Shown: positions 11,425 through 22,865 of the stretch, piece after piece
Numbering within the stretch: position 1 is the stretch's first letter
Layout: each line of letters begins with the position of its first letter
Assembly (NCBI GenBank): GCA_051530055.1
Contig: JBMGUZ010000019.1
Span: 1 to 43,375, forward strand
Origin: Neoechinorhynchus agilis
Lineage: Eukaryota > Animalia > Acanthocephala
DNA length: 43,375 nucleotides
Direction of reading: 5' to 3'
Notes under the pieces: generated by a model
The model's input: only the letters and a program-made list of their open reading frames with translations
Databases searched by the model: none
Told to the model about the DNA's origin: nothing
Program-made: the position numbers and the translations under genes

Positions 11425-12121
11425 ATGTTCTCTTCATCCGATCGATCCCTAGACAACACGATCTTACAGCTCAAGTTTACTTCGAAGCAACTAAACCCTG
11501 GGTTTTTTGTCAAGTGAGAGTAGTCTTTGGCACAAAACCCGCGGCATAGATCGATGGGCCAAAAAAGCCCTTAACGATAGCGAGCGCGAAAGAGCCCGTG
11601 TTAAAAGGGCACTTACGGCTGGTCATCAACAAGGTGCTGAACACTACGAGGCAGCTAGAATCTACGCTGAAAATGCCGTTCGGAAAAGGCACGAATACCT
11701 TAATTACCTCAGACTATCGGCTCGCGTGGACGGAGTTCGTTCCCGAGTTCAATCAGCATACGCGATGAGAGCCGTGATCAAAGACGTTCATCAGATCACC
11801 AATACACTAGAAAGAGCGATGGATGTGTTCCAACTCGAGAAAGTCTCCGAGATAATGGATAAATTCGAGCGACAATTCGACAATGTCGATGTGAAATCCG
11901 GTGTTATGGAGCATACGATGAATTCGGTAACAACTTTAAATGCACCCGCCGACGAAGTCATGAACTTACTAAGAAAGGTAGCCGACGAGAATGGTATTGA
12001 ACTGAAAGCACAGTTGGATCAGATTCCTTCGGTTTCAACAGAAACTGATCAAGTAACACTTGAACGCGAAGTGAACGAGCAAAAAAGTTTATCCGAACGA
12101 TTGGCCGGTCTAAGAAACTAG
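11425..12121 (+). CDS. CHMP1A: ESCRT-III subunit CHMP1A-like; exon 11425-11493 joined to 11549-12121 across a 55-nt hairpin insert
   Basis: MFSSSDRSLDNTILQLKFTSKQL + DRWAKKALNDSERERARVKRAL...ARIYAENAVRK...SERLAGLRN matches CHMP1A (LFQLKFTAKQLEKLAKKA...RLAALRN, recalled); the two parts are in different frames. Confidence 0.92.
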
Positions 12122-12504
12122 ACCGCTTCGAATGCATGTACGCGGGCGATCCTAAAAGCGAACAAAATCGATTATTTACTGTCCTTTAAAAATTCGTTCT
12201 TTTCGAGCGATATGAACAATACATAAAATGTAGCCACTATTGTCTATCACGATTCATTTAAAGAAAACATTCTTGGTTTAAAAATAACAACAAACACATA
12301 AATCAACAAATTGTACGCTTCGTCGTCCTGCTACTGGCATTTCTATACCTAGAAGATTTTTCATATTTTCTCGATCGTAGTATTCGTAAAACTCTATCAA
12401 TGCGATGATATTTCAACCATCGAAGCATCATATAGGTCCCAAAGTAGTATGAAAAACTCATGTCCCTCTTTGAGCCCTCATAAACAATCGAGTTCAGAGT
12501 TGTT

Positions 12505-12750
12505 CAAAGAATGCCGATAAGGCCCACTATTTTGTTCCCTTCGAAGTAGAGACGTATGGAGCGCTTTGCACTCACTCTGCTCCAGGATCTCTCGAAGAAA
12601 TTGAGAGAAACGACCGCGACGGACGAGCAGATGCATTCCTGCGACAAAATATCTAGCTCGCAGTACAACGAGGCAATATTGCTAGCGTGATAGCGACAGC
12701 CGAGGAAGGAGAGAAGCTCCAATTTTGCGGACGGTGGTGATTGCACGTTT
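12505..12750 (+). mobile_element. CRE-type non-LTR retrotransposon 3' remnant (REL endonuclease C-terminus)
   Basis: HYFVPFEVETYGAL and AFLRQNI*LAVQRGNIASV motifs in broken frames. Confidence 0.7.
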
Positions 12751-13059
12751 TATTTTTTATTGAGTTGAAATGAATGTTATTAAATATATATTATTGAGTA
12801 TATTACTGTTTTAGTCGGATGGGAATATCCGGTGGGGGGAAAGTCTGACTAACACGAAAAATGTAAGAATTTTAAAGATATTTTGATTAAAAAAACGTTC
12901 AGAAAAAGTTAATTTTTGGATTCTGGGGGAGATTAAATATTTTTATCTGGTTTCCTCTTATCATTTGACGAATAATCCGAGACTTGTTTTGGAGTTACAA
13001 AAACCAACGTCAGTTATGTTTTAGACCGCAACCTCTTAAATTTTTTTATATGTTGAGTG

Positions 13060-13990
13060 TTTGAAGGGATTGAACTGTTCATAAAAAGGGTTGTTTTATA
13101 AGGCGTAGAAATTGAAATAATTTTTTATTATAAAATCCGAATGGTTTCGGAGGCAAGGCACAAGATTTTTTCTTCACTAAAAACATTTTTGTGTTAAGTG
13201 TATTTGAAGGATCTTTTGAGGAAAAATTGACTTATTAATCTGAGGAGACTATTGTGTATTTATGGTTCCAAGCGACGAAATTATAAAGAAATCTTGTCGG
13301 AAGAGATTGAATTGTTCATAAATAGGGTTGCTTTATGAGGCGTAGAAAATACCTTGATAAAAAAGCCTTTAAAAGATTGTGTCCCTTGCCTCCGAAATCA
13401 ATCGGCAGTTTAAAATCAGTTTGCCATAAAACAATTGAAATGAACAGTTCAATCTCCAAGAAATATTCTTTGTAGGACAAAAGCAAAACCTTGATAAAAA
13501 AGCGTTTAAAAGATTGTGTCCCTTGCCTCCGACATAAATCGGCAGTTTAAAATCAGTTTAATTTCTCTACGCCCCATAAAACAATTAAGATGAACAGTTC
13601 AATCTCCAAGAAATATTCTTTGTAGGATAAAAGCAAAACCTTGATCAAAAAGCGTTTAAAAGATTGTGTGCCTTGCCTCCGAAATCAATCGGCAGTTTAA
13701 AATCAGTTCGCCATAAAACAATTGAAATGAACAGTTCAATCTCCAAGAAATATCCTTTGTAGGATAAAAGCAAAACCTTGATAAAAAAGCGTTCAAAAGA
13801 TTGTGTGCCTTGCCTCCGAAATAAATCGGCAGTTTAAAATCAGTTCGCCATAAAACAATTGAAATGAACAGTTCAATCTCCAAGAAATATCCTTTGTAGG
13901 ATAAAAGCCAAACCTTGATAAAAAAGTGTTCAAAAGATTGTGTCCCTTGCCTCCGAAATAAATCGACAGTTTAAAATCAGTTTAATTTCT
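13060..13990. repeat. ~137-149-bp repeat: ~5 tandem copies (13345-13990) preceded by inverted partial copies (13060-13350)
   Basis: aaaccttgataaaaaagcgtt..aagattgtg..ttgcctccgaaat..atcgg recurs at ~13350, 13490, 13640, 13775, 13912; reverse-complement pieces at ~13065, 13135, 13300. Confidence 0.85.
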
Positions 13991-14026
13991 GTTTGAGATA
14001 TGAGAATTTGAAGTAAGAATTAATTT

Positions 14027-14066
14027 ATTGAATATTTCGATCCAAACTAGGATCTTCTTCAGCAAT
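14027..14066 (-). ncRNA. Minimal type I hammerhead ribozyme
   Basis: ATTG-CTGAAGA-A-GATCC-tagttt-GGATC-GAAA-TA-TT-CAAT: intact core, 5-bp stem II, 4-bp stem I, palindromic loop-less stem III. Confidence 0.8.
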
Positions 14067-15057
14067 TCTAAAAAAGAGAGGCAGGGAATGCCAAAAAACT
14101 ATCACACGTTGATCTTATCGGGTGGAATCCGAAGCTTCAATCTGTAATCCGGCTTGTTTCCATCAAAAATTAATGACGACTGGATATACACAGCTTCCAT
14201 GACCACACGACTGAATCGATCGTGACTTCGTAATAACACTTGTGTGTTATCAAAATCGATCTGATGTCCAGTGAGACCACTGCAGAACTCAAGTCATTCT
14301 TTCTATTTATCGATCGCCTGTGCTCTTGAATTCTCCTATTTAGATCGTTCGTTTGTCCGATGTAGACCTGATTACATTCACTACATGGGATCTTATATAC
14401 TGATCCAGATTGAGGCTCGCCTTTTTGTTGGGACAAAGCAGTGTGTAAATTACGTCCCTTCCGACAATAAACATCTACCAGGGGACTGCTACTACCTGTT
14501 TGTAGTGTCCTCTGCATCTTCCTGAACAAGGATTCGTCGTGGAAGGGGACCTCTAGGAAAATGTTCTCTTTCTTCGCATTAGAAACCTTCCCGTGGCTGC
14601 GTCTCACTCCTTCAAGGCATCTTTGTACCAAATGTAGAGGATAACCGAGTCTGCCCGACAAGTCGAATAGGAAATTAAGCTCTTCATCCCGTATAAATTC
14701 CTCACTACAGTGTGTAAAAGCTCTGTGAACTACATATAATCCTAGACATTTTTTTTATTTTTGCGGTTGCATTGAGCTCCATGGAACAAAACGATGCGGG
14801 ACACCATATTTCCTATACACGCCACGACGAATCCTTGTTCAGGAAGATGCAGAGGACACTACAAACAGGTAGTAGCAGTCCCCTGGTAGATGTTACGAAA
14901 TCACGATCGATTCCGTCGTGTGGTCATGGAAGCTGTGTATATCCAGTCGTCATCCATTTTTGATGGAAACAAGCCGGATTACAGATTGAAGCTTCGGATT
15001 CCACCCGATAAGATCAACGTGTGATAGTTTTGGCATTCCCTACCTCTCTTTTTTAGA

Positions 15058-15097
15058 ATTGCTGAAGAAGATCCTAGTTTGGATCGAAATATTCAAT
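15058..15097 (+). ncRNA. Minimal type I hammerhead ribozyme (identical inverted copy)
   Basis: Same sequence as 14027-14066, on the + strand. Confidence 0.8.
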
Positions 15098-15454
15098 AAA
15101 TTAATTCTTACTTCAATTCCCATATCTCAAACATGTGGATTTTATTTTCAACAGTTTAATTTCTCTACGCCCATAAAACAACCGATATAAAGAGACAATG
15201 GAGGGAAAAACGGGTTTTTTGAACGTTGATGATGAACACTGGACGGCGGCGGCGGCGAAAGACCATTCGACCTGACACGGCTGACGACGAATACAAACGG
15301 CCGACTTGAGCACCGTGAGTTGAATTGGGTGAGCGTTGAAGGTCATATCATATTTCCGGAGTGGTAATCTTTCGCGATTGATGCGCGCATATGTTGAAGT
15401 GAGTGCAATCGCTTGACACGTGGCACCATGGCCTCATGTACGTGAGTTGGCTTA

Positions 15455-16060
15455 ATGGCGGCGAACGGCAACGATGTATCATCGCCATCATCGATTGAAG
15501 CATCAAAGGGTGATCGTGTTAAGGTCATAGATTGCCTAGGAATCGCTCATGAGGGTTATATGATTGAAAGGTTTCAGGATGTGGTAATACTGGATGCATC
15601 GACCGTTCATGAAGGACCTTCTCTCTTGTATTTTAACACTGATAATGTACAAAGTGTTCGGACGATTGTTGCTCGCGATGGCATTGCTATGGATGACGTC
15701 AGCAGTAACGACACAATGAGTGTTTTTGGTTGGACACCCACGAACATTGATCTTCCAGAATTAGAGAGGTTTCGTCAAAAGGAAATCAAGCGGATCGCCC
15801 TTTTGAGAAGCATGGAAACTGCCGGTGTGAGTGATAAAGGTCTACAGGCCTTCAGTGCCCTCGCAAAGTTGTTCGGCAGTGAAATCGTTCGCTGGGAAGC
15901 GGACGGTGAAATCGTTGTGAACGATATCGTCCGTGTCGGGACGCCTTACACCAGTGAGAACTGCGTGTGCTACACGGATGATAAACAACGAACCTGTAAC
16001 ATGTCCAAGGACACCCTCAATCGAGTCAAAATGATCTTACAGCGTTCAATGGATACTTAG
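15455..16060 (+). CDS. LSM12: LSM12-like protein (Lsm domain plus AD domain), single exon
   Basis: 201-aa ORF with AGVSDKGLQAFSALAKLF..VRW...IVVNDIVRVGTPYTSENC matching the LSM12 AD domain pattern. Confidence 0.8.
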   Translation: MAANGNDVSSPSSIEASKGDRVKVIDCLGIAHEGYMIERFQDVVILDASTVHEGPSLLYFNTDNVQSVRTIVARDGIAMDDVSSNDTMSVFGWTPTNIDLPELERFRQKEIKRIALLRSMETAGVSDKGLQAFSALAKLFGSEIVRWEADGEIVVNDIVRVGTPYTSENCVCYTDDKQRTCNMSKDTLNRVKMILQRSMDT

Positions 16061-16362
16061 TGAGTGATCAACAACAACAACAAAAATATGCTGTAACTCG
16101 TATCGATAAAACTCTCGGATGATGCCCTTGTTTTTTATCTCATCACGGCGACGACGACGATGAACAGCGTAACGAAATATATCCACCGCTTTGAGGCATC
16201 AATCCTCGTTTCCACACATATTTGTTTTCAATTGATTTTTGATCCATTGAAAACTATCACTGTCCTAACCTTAAACCATTCTTGGATCACGCTGACTTCA
16301 CCTAAATTTACCCGACCAAACGCGACCGAGAAGCGAACTTTAAATTTTTATACTGTTGCTTA

Positions 16363-16540
16363 GGTCACTTGTCGACACATCCGACGACAGGTCAGTCATG
16401 TTATCAATTCAATTGCTTGTAAGTTTTTGAATATCTGAGCTCGGGTACAATCAATTGAATTTATAAAATGACTGATTCCAGTAGTAGTTGAAATGTATAC
16501 ATTCGTCTGCCTCCTGTCGGGTGTGTGTCGACAAGTGACC
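16363..16540. mobile_element. 178-bp MITE with terminal inverted repeats and TA target-site duplication (Tc1/mariner-like)
   Basis: TA|ggtcacttgtcgacaca...tgtgtcgacaagtgacc|TA; 17-bp perfect TIR, extending imperfectly to ~29 bp. Confidence 0.85.
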
Positions 16541-17198
16541 TAAATAACAAAAACTCTAACCACTCGACCGAATGTAATCCTCAATTAAGATTTTAAATCC
16601 AAAAAAGTAGTATCTTTATAACTACTGAGTTCTGTATTTCCGTCTCCATTGTCAAGGCTCTGCTTTTTGGGCGTGGAGGTGGGTCACTCAATCGGAAGGA
16701 TGAATTGTCAGACAGTTTATCACTTTTCTGACCTTTCAAAGTGAGGGAGAGTCCCCGAACAAGCCGTGAAGCGGCGAAAATTCGGACAAAATAAAACATC
16801 GTGCTCGGGAACGCTTTGGAAAAATCTATCTATAACAATGCGAGTACGCAACAAAAATGCCTTCCATCAATTATAACTATAAAGTATTTTTAAATAAGCA
16901 CGGGAACGTTAAATTAAATCCGGCGTTCGTCAAATTATCAAAACAAGAGAATAAGAACCTATTGCTTTACAAACTTTCTCAAGTCCATTTATTAGTAGTC
17001 AATTTAAGTACCGTATTGTAATGTACCAATTGACGTTTCTGTATTAATGTGTTTGGTTAATTTAGTTTTCAATCCCATTCTGTACTGACAAATTCAAACG
17101 CCGGAAATAGAACAATTGAAAAAATGCAATGTAAAATGATCTCTCACTGCGAAAAACAGCTTTATAACTTTCACTTTTATCGCGAAACAATATGCAGC

Positions 17199-17230
17199 CT
17201 GAAGAAGTCCGACGAGACGGACAAAATATT
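17199..17230 (+). ncRNA. Hammerhead-like motif with a core mutation (GAAA to AAAA), same family as the 31.2-31.6-kb copies
   Basis: CTGAAGA-A-GTCC-gacgagac-GGAC-AAAA-TA-TT; downstream sequence resembles 31570-31610. Confidence 0.5.
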
Positions 17231-17469
17231 GAGAACAATAAATCAATATCGATTTTTCTTATCACCAAAGAACACATATGTAAATTTTAATGCGTCGCGG
17301 GACGTATCAAATACCTTTTCTGGCCCTTAAAGTGACGAATTTGCCAACAAGACGCTGCGGTATGTATTAGAATGAACTAACAAAAAACGAATTTTTTCTT
17401 TTACAGGCATTTACGCATATTCATACGACCGCTCTGGATCACTCAGCTACCATCGTGGTGTTTTAGTCG

Positions 17470-18361
17470 ACAGGACGGATGCAGCGTTCCTCAGTTGCAC
17501 ACAGGAGGAATGTTCCTGATCTCGGATCGCCAGTGATTCGTCTCAATCTCTTAGACAATTGCTTGATTCGACACCAAAGGGAACAAAATAATGATTTCGA
17601 CTCAGGTCCCAGTATTTTGCCCTTTTGCGGTCCTCAACGGCGGTTGCTGCTCCCCTGGTTTAGTAGCGGAGAATCTCATGTTGCTGGCTGTTAGCGTCCC
17701 CAGAGAAGGCATTTGCCTTCCCTCACCATGGGAATATTGTGACACCGTCCGGTGTACGGCGACCATTGAGTCGGCAAAATTGCTTGGCTCTAGGATGTTG
17801 GACGCATTCACAGTATTCAGGACACGACTAAGAGCATTGCGTTCACTTCGTCGTGCCGTGAGTACCTTCCGCCTGATTGGCGACAGACGAGACCATGGCG
17901 CCCCGGTGGTTCCACGGGCGCACATCGGTATCCAAGTTTCATTGACACTGCAATCCTTACTGTCTCGTTGGACGGAGACAGAAGCGACTGGGAGAGCGTT
18001 GAGCCAAACACCCGATTCTCTTGAGGAGACTTCCGCCAATCGAGTTCGGTTCACCAGGTCACGAGAATCTGAAAGTAAAGAGTTGTGAATTCTCGCTACC
18101 AAGGGTGAATCCCAAACTGATTGTTTGCAACCATTGACGGGTACCTGCTCACTGCCTGAATCTCCACACTAAAGATTAAAAGCCTACACGAAATCTTCAT
18201 CCAAAGTGTAATTTTCGCCAAGAACGGATTGAACTATTTTCCGGCTTGCTTCATACGATCTCAAATTAGCTGTCGGATAAATATCGGCTGCTTTTCGGAA
18301 ACCCAAACCGCCGGACGACTCAGGCAAGGACGCTTGACATCAGGCCTCGTCCGACAGCTGA
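17470..18361 (-). mobile_element. CRE-type non-LTR 3' fragment, frameshifted (copy 1)
   Basis: QASLPESSGGLGFRKAADI, RLAEVSSRESGVWLNALP, GRHGLVCRQSGGRYSRHDEVN, GNAAS in broken frames. Confidence 0.85.
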
Positions 18362-19289
18362 GTATTTTAAATTTGCTCGGGAGAGGCTTTTACCGTCTCG
18401 TCTAATTTTGCCAGCTTATCCTTATATCTAAAAAAAGGTGCTTAGCATGTAAACGGAAATCCATGTTACTAAACACGAAGTGTTTAACTGACCATGGCTC
18501 GAATATTTGATTGGCACACAATAGACAAGGCAGAGTGAATGAGTCCTGTAATTATAAGAAGCTCTCTTGGTGTGTAATTTTAAATATCGATGATTCTGAT
18601 GAATGTAAGATTCTTTTAAAATTGAAATCGTTCAAGTGGATGTCATGCTTGCAATCGACTAGCATGTCGTGTAGGAGTTTCCTACTTGGTATGAGACAAA
18701 ACGTTTTTCACGGCAGGTCATGGGTTTAAATTTTTTAAATTCGATAATAATATAAATAATGGACGATATTCACAATTACTGTGTTTACTGAACTTGTAGA
18801 TTTAGCTGCAAATATTAAAAGTTTGTTGAACATCGCACTTTACAACATAAGTTGAACGCAACAACCAAAATGTCACTGTTACTGCCAACTAATTACGTCC
18901 TGCTCACAAAGGTTCAACTCTGCAAACAATTCCGAAGAAGACCTAGCGTAGCGGACGAAATGTTAGTCAAGTTAAATCATTTTTCCTTTCTTTTCATAGT
19001 TTTGTCACCCATATTTAAATTCACTGATTTATTTCCGATATTTCATGTCGGATAATTCCGACATTTCCTCAAGGTTTGTCATTGTTAGTTATTGATAGAG
19101 AGTGCATTAAGGTTCAGTCGGGAGATGTCCGTTCGAGTGGGAATTGGCGGCTGTCGTTTCCAGGAGAACTTGCGAGGTTTGGCCTTTTCTCAAGTTCATT
19201 TCAGGTTATGACAATCGAAAGGATTGGGCAGCATGGAAAAAGGAGAGTAGATACGTTGAGGTGCGAGGTAGAAGATGATGAAACGAATT

Positions 19290-19660
19290 AGGATTACGAG
19301 TCTTGTGTTCGTGTGAAAAGGGAATAAAATGCGTTCAAAATTGTGGTGGTAAGGTTGAGAGGCGTTTTGATTGTTTTATGAAAATTTTGTAAAGACGATT
19401 GGCGAGCAAGGGAAATCAACTGTGCAAATTTTAGAGGCTCTTCGATCAAACGTTTCAAGGCGACGGATTTGTGATTGGGAAAGGTTGCAAAAGACAAGGA
19501 TTGCTGTAGATCAGGGAGGGTAAAATAAAGCTGAAGTAAAATTTAGAGAGATCGAGCGAAGGGACTTGAAAATTGCGAAGGTGTTTGACTAGGCCGATTT
19601 TAAAGGCGTTTGTGGGAAAGTGTAATGTGCGGATCCCATTTCAGATTTGACAAAGTGATA
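19290..19660 (-). mobile_element. Degenerate LINE (CR1/L2-like) RT C-terminal fragment
   Basis: SNLKWDPHI, FYFSFILPSLIYS, QIRRLETFDRRASKIC in shifting frames. Confidence 0.6.
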
Positions 19661-21721
19661 ATTGAGATTGCGGTTGCGTTGGTTGTCATGGATGATAAAT
19701 TAAAGGAGGAAGCGATACAAGTTTTCGATTTCAAAGGATTTATTATCCCTAATGGAGAAGTACGGGAGCGAATAGAAAATTTGTTTTGGGATGAGTGATT
19801 GGCAATGTGAGTAACGAGTTTTTATTTTAGAATTGGCGTGGAACAGCTACGATTCGGTATGCCGATTTGTGGTATATTTGTGTGTGGGTTAAGTGATAAT
19901 TGAGATTGCGGTTGCGTTGGTTGTCATGGATGATAAATTAAAGGAGGAAACGATACAAGTTTTCGATTTCAAAGGATTTATTATCCCTAATAGAGAAGTA
20001 CGGGAGCGAATAGAAAATTTGTTTTGGGATGAGTGATTGGCAATGTGAGTAACGAGTTTTTATTTTAGAATTGGCGTGGAACAGCTACGATTCGGTATGC
20101 CGATTTGTGGTATATTTGTGTGTGGGTTAAGTGATAATTGAGATTGCGGTTGCGTTGGTTGTCATGGATGATAAATTAAAGGAGGAAACGATACAAGTTT
20201 TCGATTTCAAAGGATTTATTATCCCTAATAGAGAAGTACGGGAGCGAATAGAAAATTTGTTTTGGGATGAGTGATTGGCAATGTGAGTAACGATTTTTAT
20301 TTTAGAATTGGCGTGGAACAGCTACGATTCGGTATGCCGATTTGTGGTATATTTGTGTGTGGGTTAAGTGATAATTGAGATTGCGGTTGCGTTGGTTGTC
20401 ATGGATGATAAATTAAAGGAGGAAACGATACAAGTTTTCGATTTCAAAGGATTTATTATCCCTAATAGAGAAGTACGGGAGCGAATAGAAAATTTGTTTT
20501 GGGATGAGTGATTGGCAATGTGAGTAACGAGTTTTTATTTTAGAATTGGCGTGGAACAGCTACGATTCGGTATGCCGATTTGTGGTATATTTGTGTGTGG
20601 GTTAAGTGATAATTGAGATTGCGGTTGCGTTGGTTGTCATGGATGATAAATTAAAGGAGGAAACGATACAAGTTTTCGATTTCAAAGGATTTATTATCCC
20701 TAATAGAGAAGTACGGGAGCGAATAGAAAATTTGTTTTGGGATGAGTGATTGGCAATGTGAGTAACGAGTTTTTATTTTAGAATTGGCGTGGAACAGCTA
20801 CGATTCGGTATGCCGATTTGTGGTATATTTGTGTGTGGGTTAAGTGATAATTGAGATTGCGGTTGCGTTGGTTGTCATGGATGATAAATTAAAGGAGGAA
20901 ACGATACAAGTTTTCGATTTCAAAGGATTTATTATCCCTAATAGAGAAGTACGGGAGCGAATAGAAAATTTGTTTTGGATGAGTGATTGGCAATGTGAGT
21001 AACGAGTTTTTATTTTAGAATTGGCGTGGAACAGCTACGATTCGGTATGCCGATTTGTGGTATATTTGTGTGTGGGTTAAGTGATAATTGAGATTGCGGT
21101 TGCGTTGGTTGTCATGGATGATAAATTAAAGGAGGAAACGATACAAGTTTTCGATTTCAAAGGATTTATTATCCCTAATAGAGAAGTACGGGAGCGAATA
21201 GAAAATTTGTTTTGGGATGAGTGATTGGCAATGTGAGTAACGAGTTTTTATTTTAGAATTGGCGTGGAACAGCTACGATTCGGTATGCCGATTTATGGTA
21301 TATTTGTGTGTGGGTTAAGTGATAATTGAGATTGCGGTTGCGTTGGTTGTCATGGATGATAAATTAAAGGAGGAAACGATACAAGTTTTCGATTTCAAAG
21401 GATTTATTATCCCTAATAGAGAAGTACGGGAGCGAATAGAAAATTTGTTTTGGGATGAGTGATTGGCAATGTGAGTAACGAGTTTTTATTTTAGAATTGG
21501 CGTGGAACAGCTACGATTCGGTATGCCGATTTGTGGTATATTTGTGTGTGGGTTAAGTGATAATTGAGATTGCGGTTGCGTTGGTTGTCATGGATGATAA
21601 ATTAAAGGAGGAAACGATACAAGTTTTCGATTTCAAAGGATTTATTATCCCTAATAGAGAAGTACGGGAGCGAATAGAAAATTTGTTTTGGGATGAGTGA
21701 TTGGCAATGTGAGTAACGAGT
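19653..21721. repeat. Near-identical 238-bp tandem array: nine 167-bp segments alternating with eight 71-bp segments
   Basis: aagtgataattgag at 19653, 19891, 20129...; both ends finish on the 167-bp segment; 9x167+8x71=2071 versus 2069 observed, with two 1-bp deletions visible. Confidence 0.95.
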
Positions 21722-22082
21722 CCGGACACTGGTGGAGTTGCGCATAGTGAAACAATTTTGCACGATTATGCGGCGTGAAATTTTGGAAATAAATTACCAA
21801 ACGAAAGTATTTCTTCACTCGAAGACTATAATTCAACAAATCATTTTTCTTGATTTCGTTTGACCAAAAGCATATCTTTAGCGATGAGTATACGTAACGA
21901 AATTACATTCATCTAAAGATTTTCGTGTTAGAAACATTCGGTTGAAATCGCTGAGTCAATCATCACGCTTCAGAACACGTATAAATTCCATCAATCAGTC
22001 GATATTGAAGCGCTTGAGTCTAAACGGAAGAATTCTTTTAATCGCTGATAATTGTTTATATAAAAACTAATTTTTGTCGTTT

Positions 22083-22278
22083 TGTGAGGAGGTACCGGGG
22101 ATTGCGATTAGAATCATTGTTTAGGTCTGAACCCGCGGTAAATTATTGTTTTGATTAAAGACGTTCTGCGGACCTCGTTTGGGTATTTTAGAACTGACGA
22201 TGAACCCGAAGGTTCGGAGGACGTCTTTAATTAAAACAATCATTTACCGCGGGTTCAGACCTTAACAATGATTCTAAT
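22083..22278. mobile_element. Inverted pair of PLE pLTR fragments forming a 58-bp-arm hairpin, with a degenerate hammerhead at 22194-22230
   Basis: Arms 22107-22164 and 22221-22278 are reverse complements; the sequence is homologous to 33229-33312; CTGACGA-T-GAACC-cgaa-GGTTC-ggagg-ACGTC. Confidence 0.75.
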
Positions 22279-22698
22279 TTTAATCGATAATCTCGATATT
22301 TGTTAGATTCACCGTTAAATTGGTATATTTTTCAAATTCTATGAATGGTTCGAAGTTCACGAGGTGTTCACTTTGAAATCTTCGCTCAAAAGTGATTATT
22401 CTCGTAAAAACAATTCTTTAAGGTGATGATTTTCGACAAAAAACGTTGGACGTACATGTTTCCATTTCAAGGCGGAAAGTAAAAGGAATTTTGGTTAAAT
22501 CCGATTGGTTTCGGGCTCGATTCGCCCGTTTTTGAACGGGGAGGATGACCACAAACGCTTATTATATCGCCGCGACGAATCTACTCGCTTAGCATTTTGA
22601 CGTCAAAAGCGAAGAAACCCGAACATTAGAACGATCCAAGGAAGCCTTTCGGTATAAATCAGAGCATTTCCGTTGAAACGAGCGATATGAATTTCGAA

Positions 22699-22865
22699 GG
22701 AATTCTAGTTAATTCCGATTGGTTTCGGATGCACAATCTTTTGAACGCGTTTTTATCAAGGTTTCTTAGAAGTTATCGTAATCATTGAAAACTTCCAAGA
22801 AATCTTGGTCAAAACGCGTTCCAAAGATTGTGCCTCCGAAACCAATCGGAATTAACTAGAATTCC
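22699..22865. repeat. Foldback palindrome, ~69-bp arms, 29-nt spacer; related to the 13.3-14.0-kb repeat
   Basis: ggaattctagttaattccgattggtttcgga..gcacaatcttt...ttctt pairs with 22797-22865 (5 mismatches); aagattgtgcctccgaaa.caatcgg is shared with the 137-bp unit. Confidence 0.85.

Larger units (their letters stand above)
13991..15151. mobile_element. Inverted (head-to-head) pair of 5'-truncated Penelope-like copies flanked by a 13-bp direct repeat
   Basis: The (-) copy reads VHRAFTHCSEE..EELNFL..GYP..VYKIPCSECNQVYIGQT..RRIQEH. The (+) copy at 14818-15133 is its reverse complement with a ~245-bp internal deletion. cagtttaatttct lies at 13978-13990 and 15152-15164. Confidence 0.88.

Noticed and set aside
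11494-11520. Antizyme-like +1 frameshift at AAG-UGA-G or slippage on ggg ttt ttt in CHMP1A
   Set aside because: It would insert ~18 unrelated residues into ESCRT-III helix 1; clean removal of 55 nt fits the homolog exactly.
11502-11580. Canonical GT-AG intron with a ccttaac branch-like motif in CHMP1A
   Set aside because: It restores the frame but deletes the conserved RWAKKA..DS segment; the motif coincides with codons for ALND.
16593-16799. GC-richer 68-aa minus-strand ORF
   Set aside because: No ATG context or recognisable motif; left unannotated.
19653-21721. CRISPR-like alternation of 167-bp and 71-bp segments
   Set aside because: The 'spacers' are identical, units are far too long, there are no cas genes and the context is eukaryotic.
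22595-22608. 14-bp palindrome ttttgacgtcaaaa containing a TGACGTCA site
   Set aside because: Isolated, not near a mapped start site; expected occasionally by chance.
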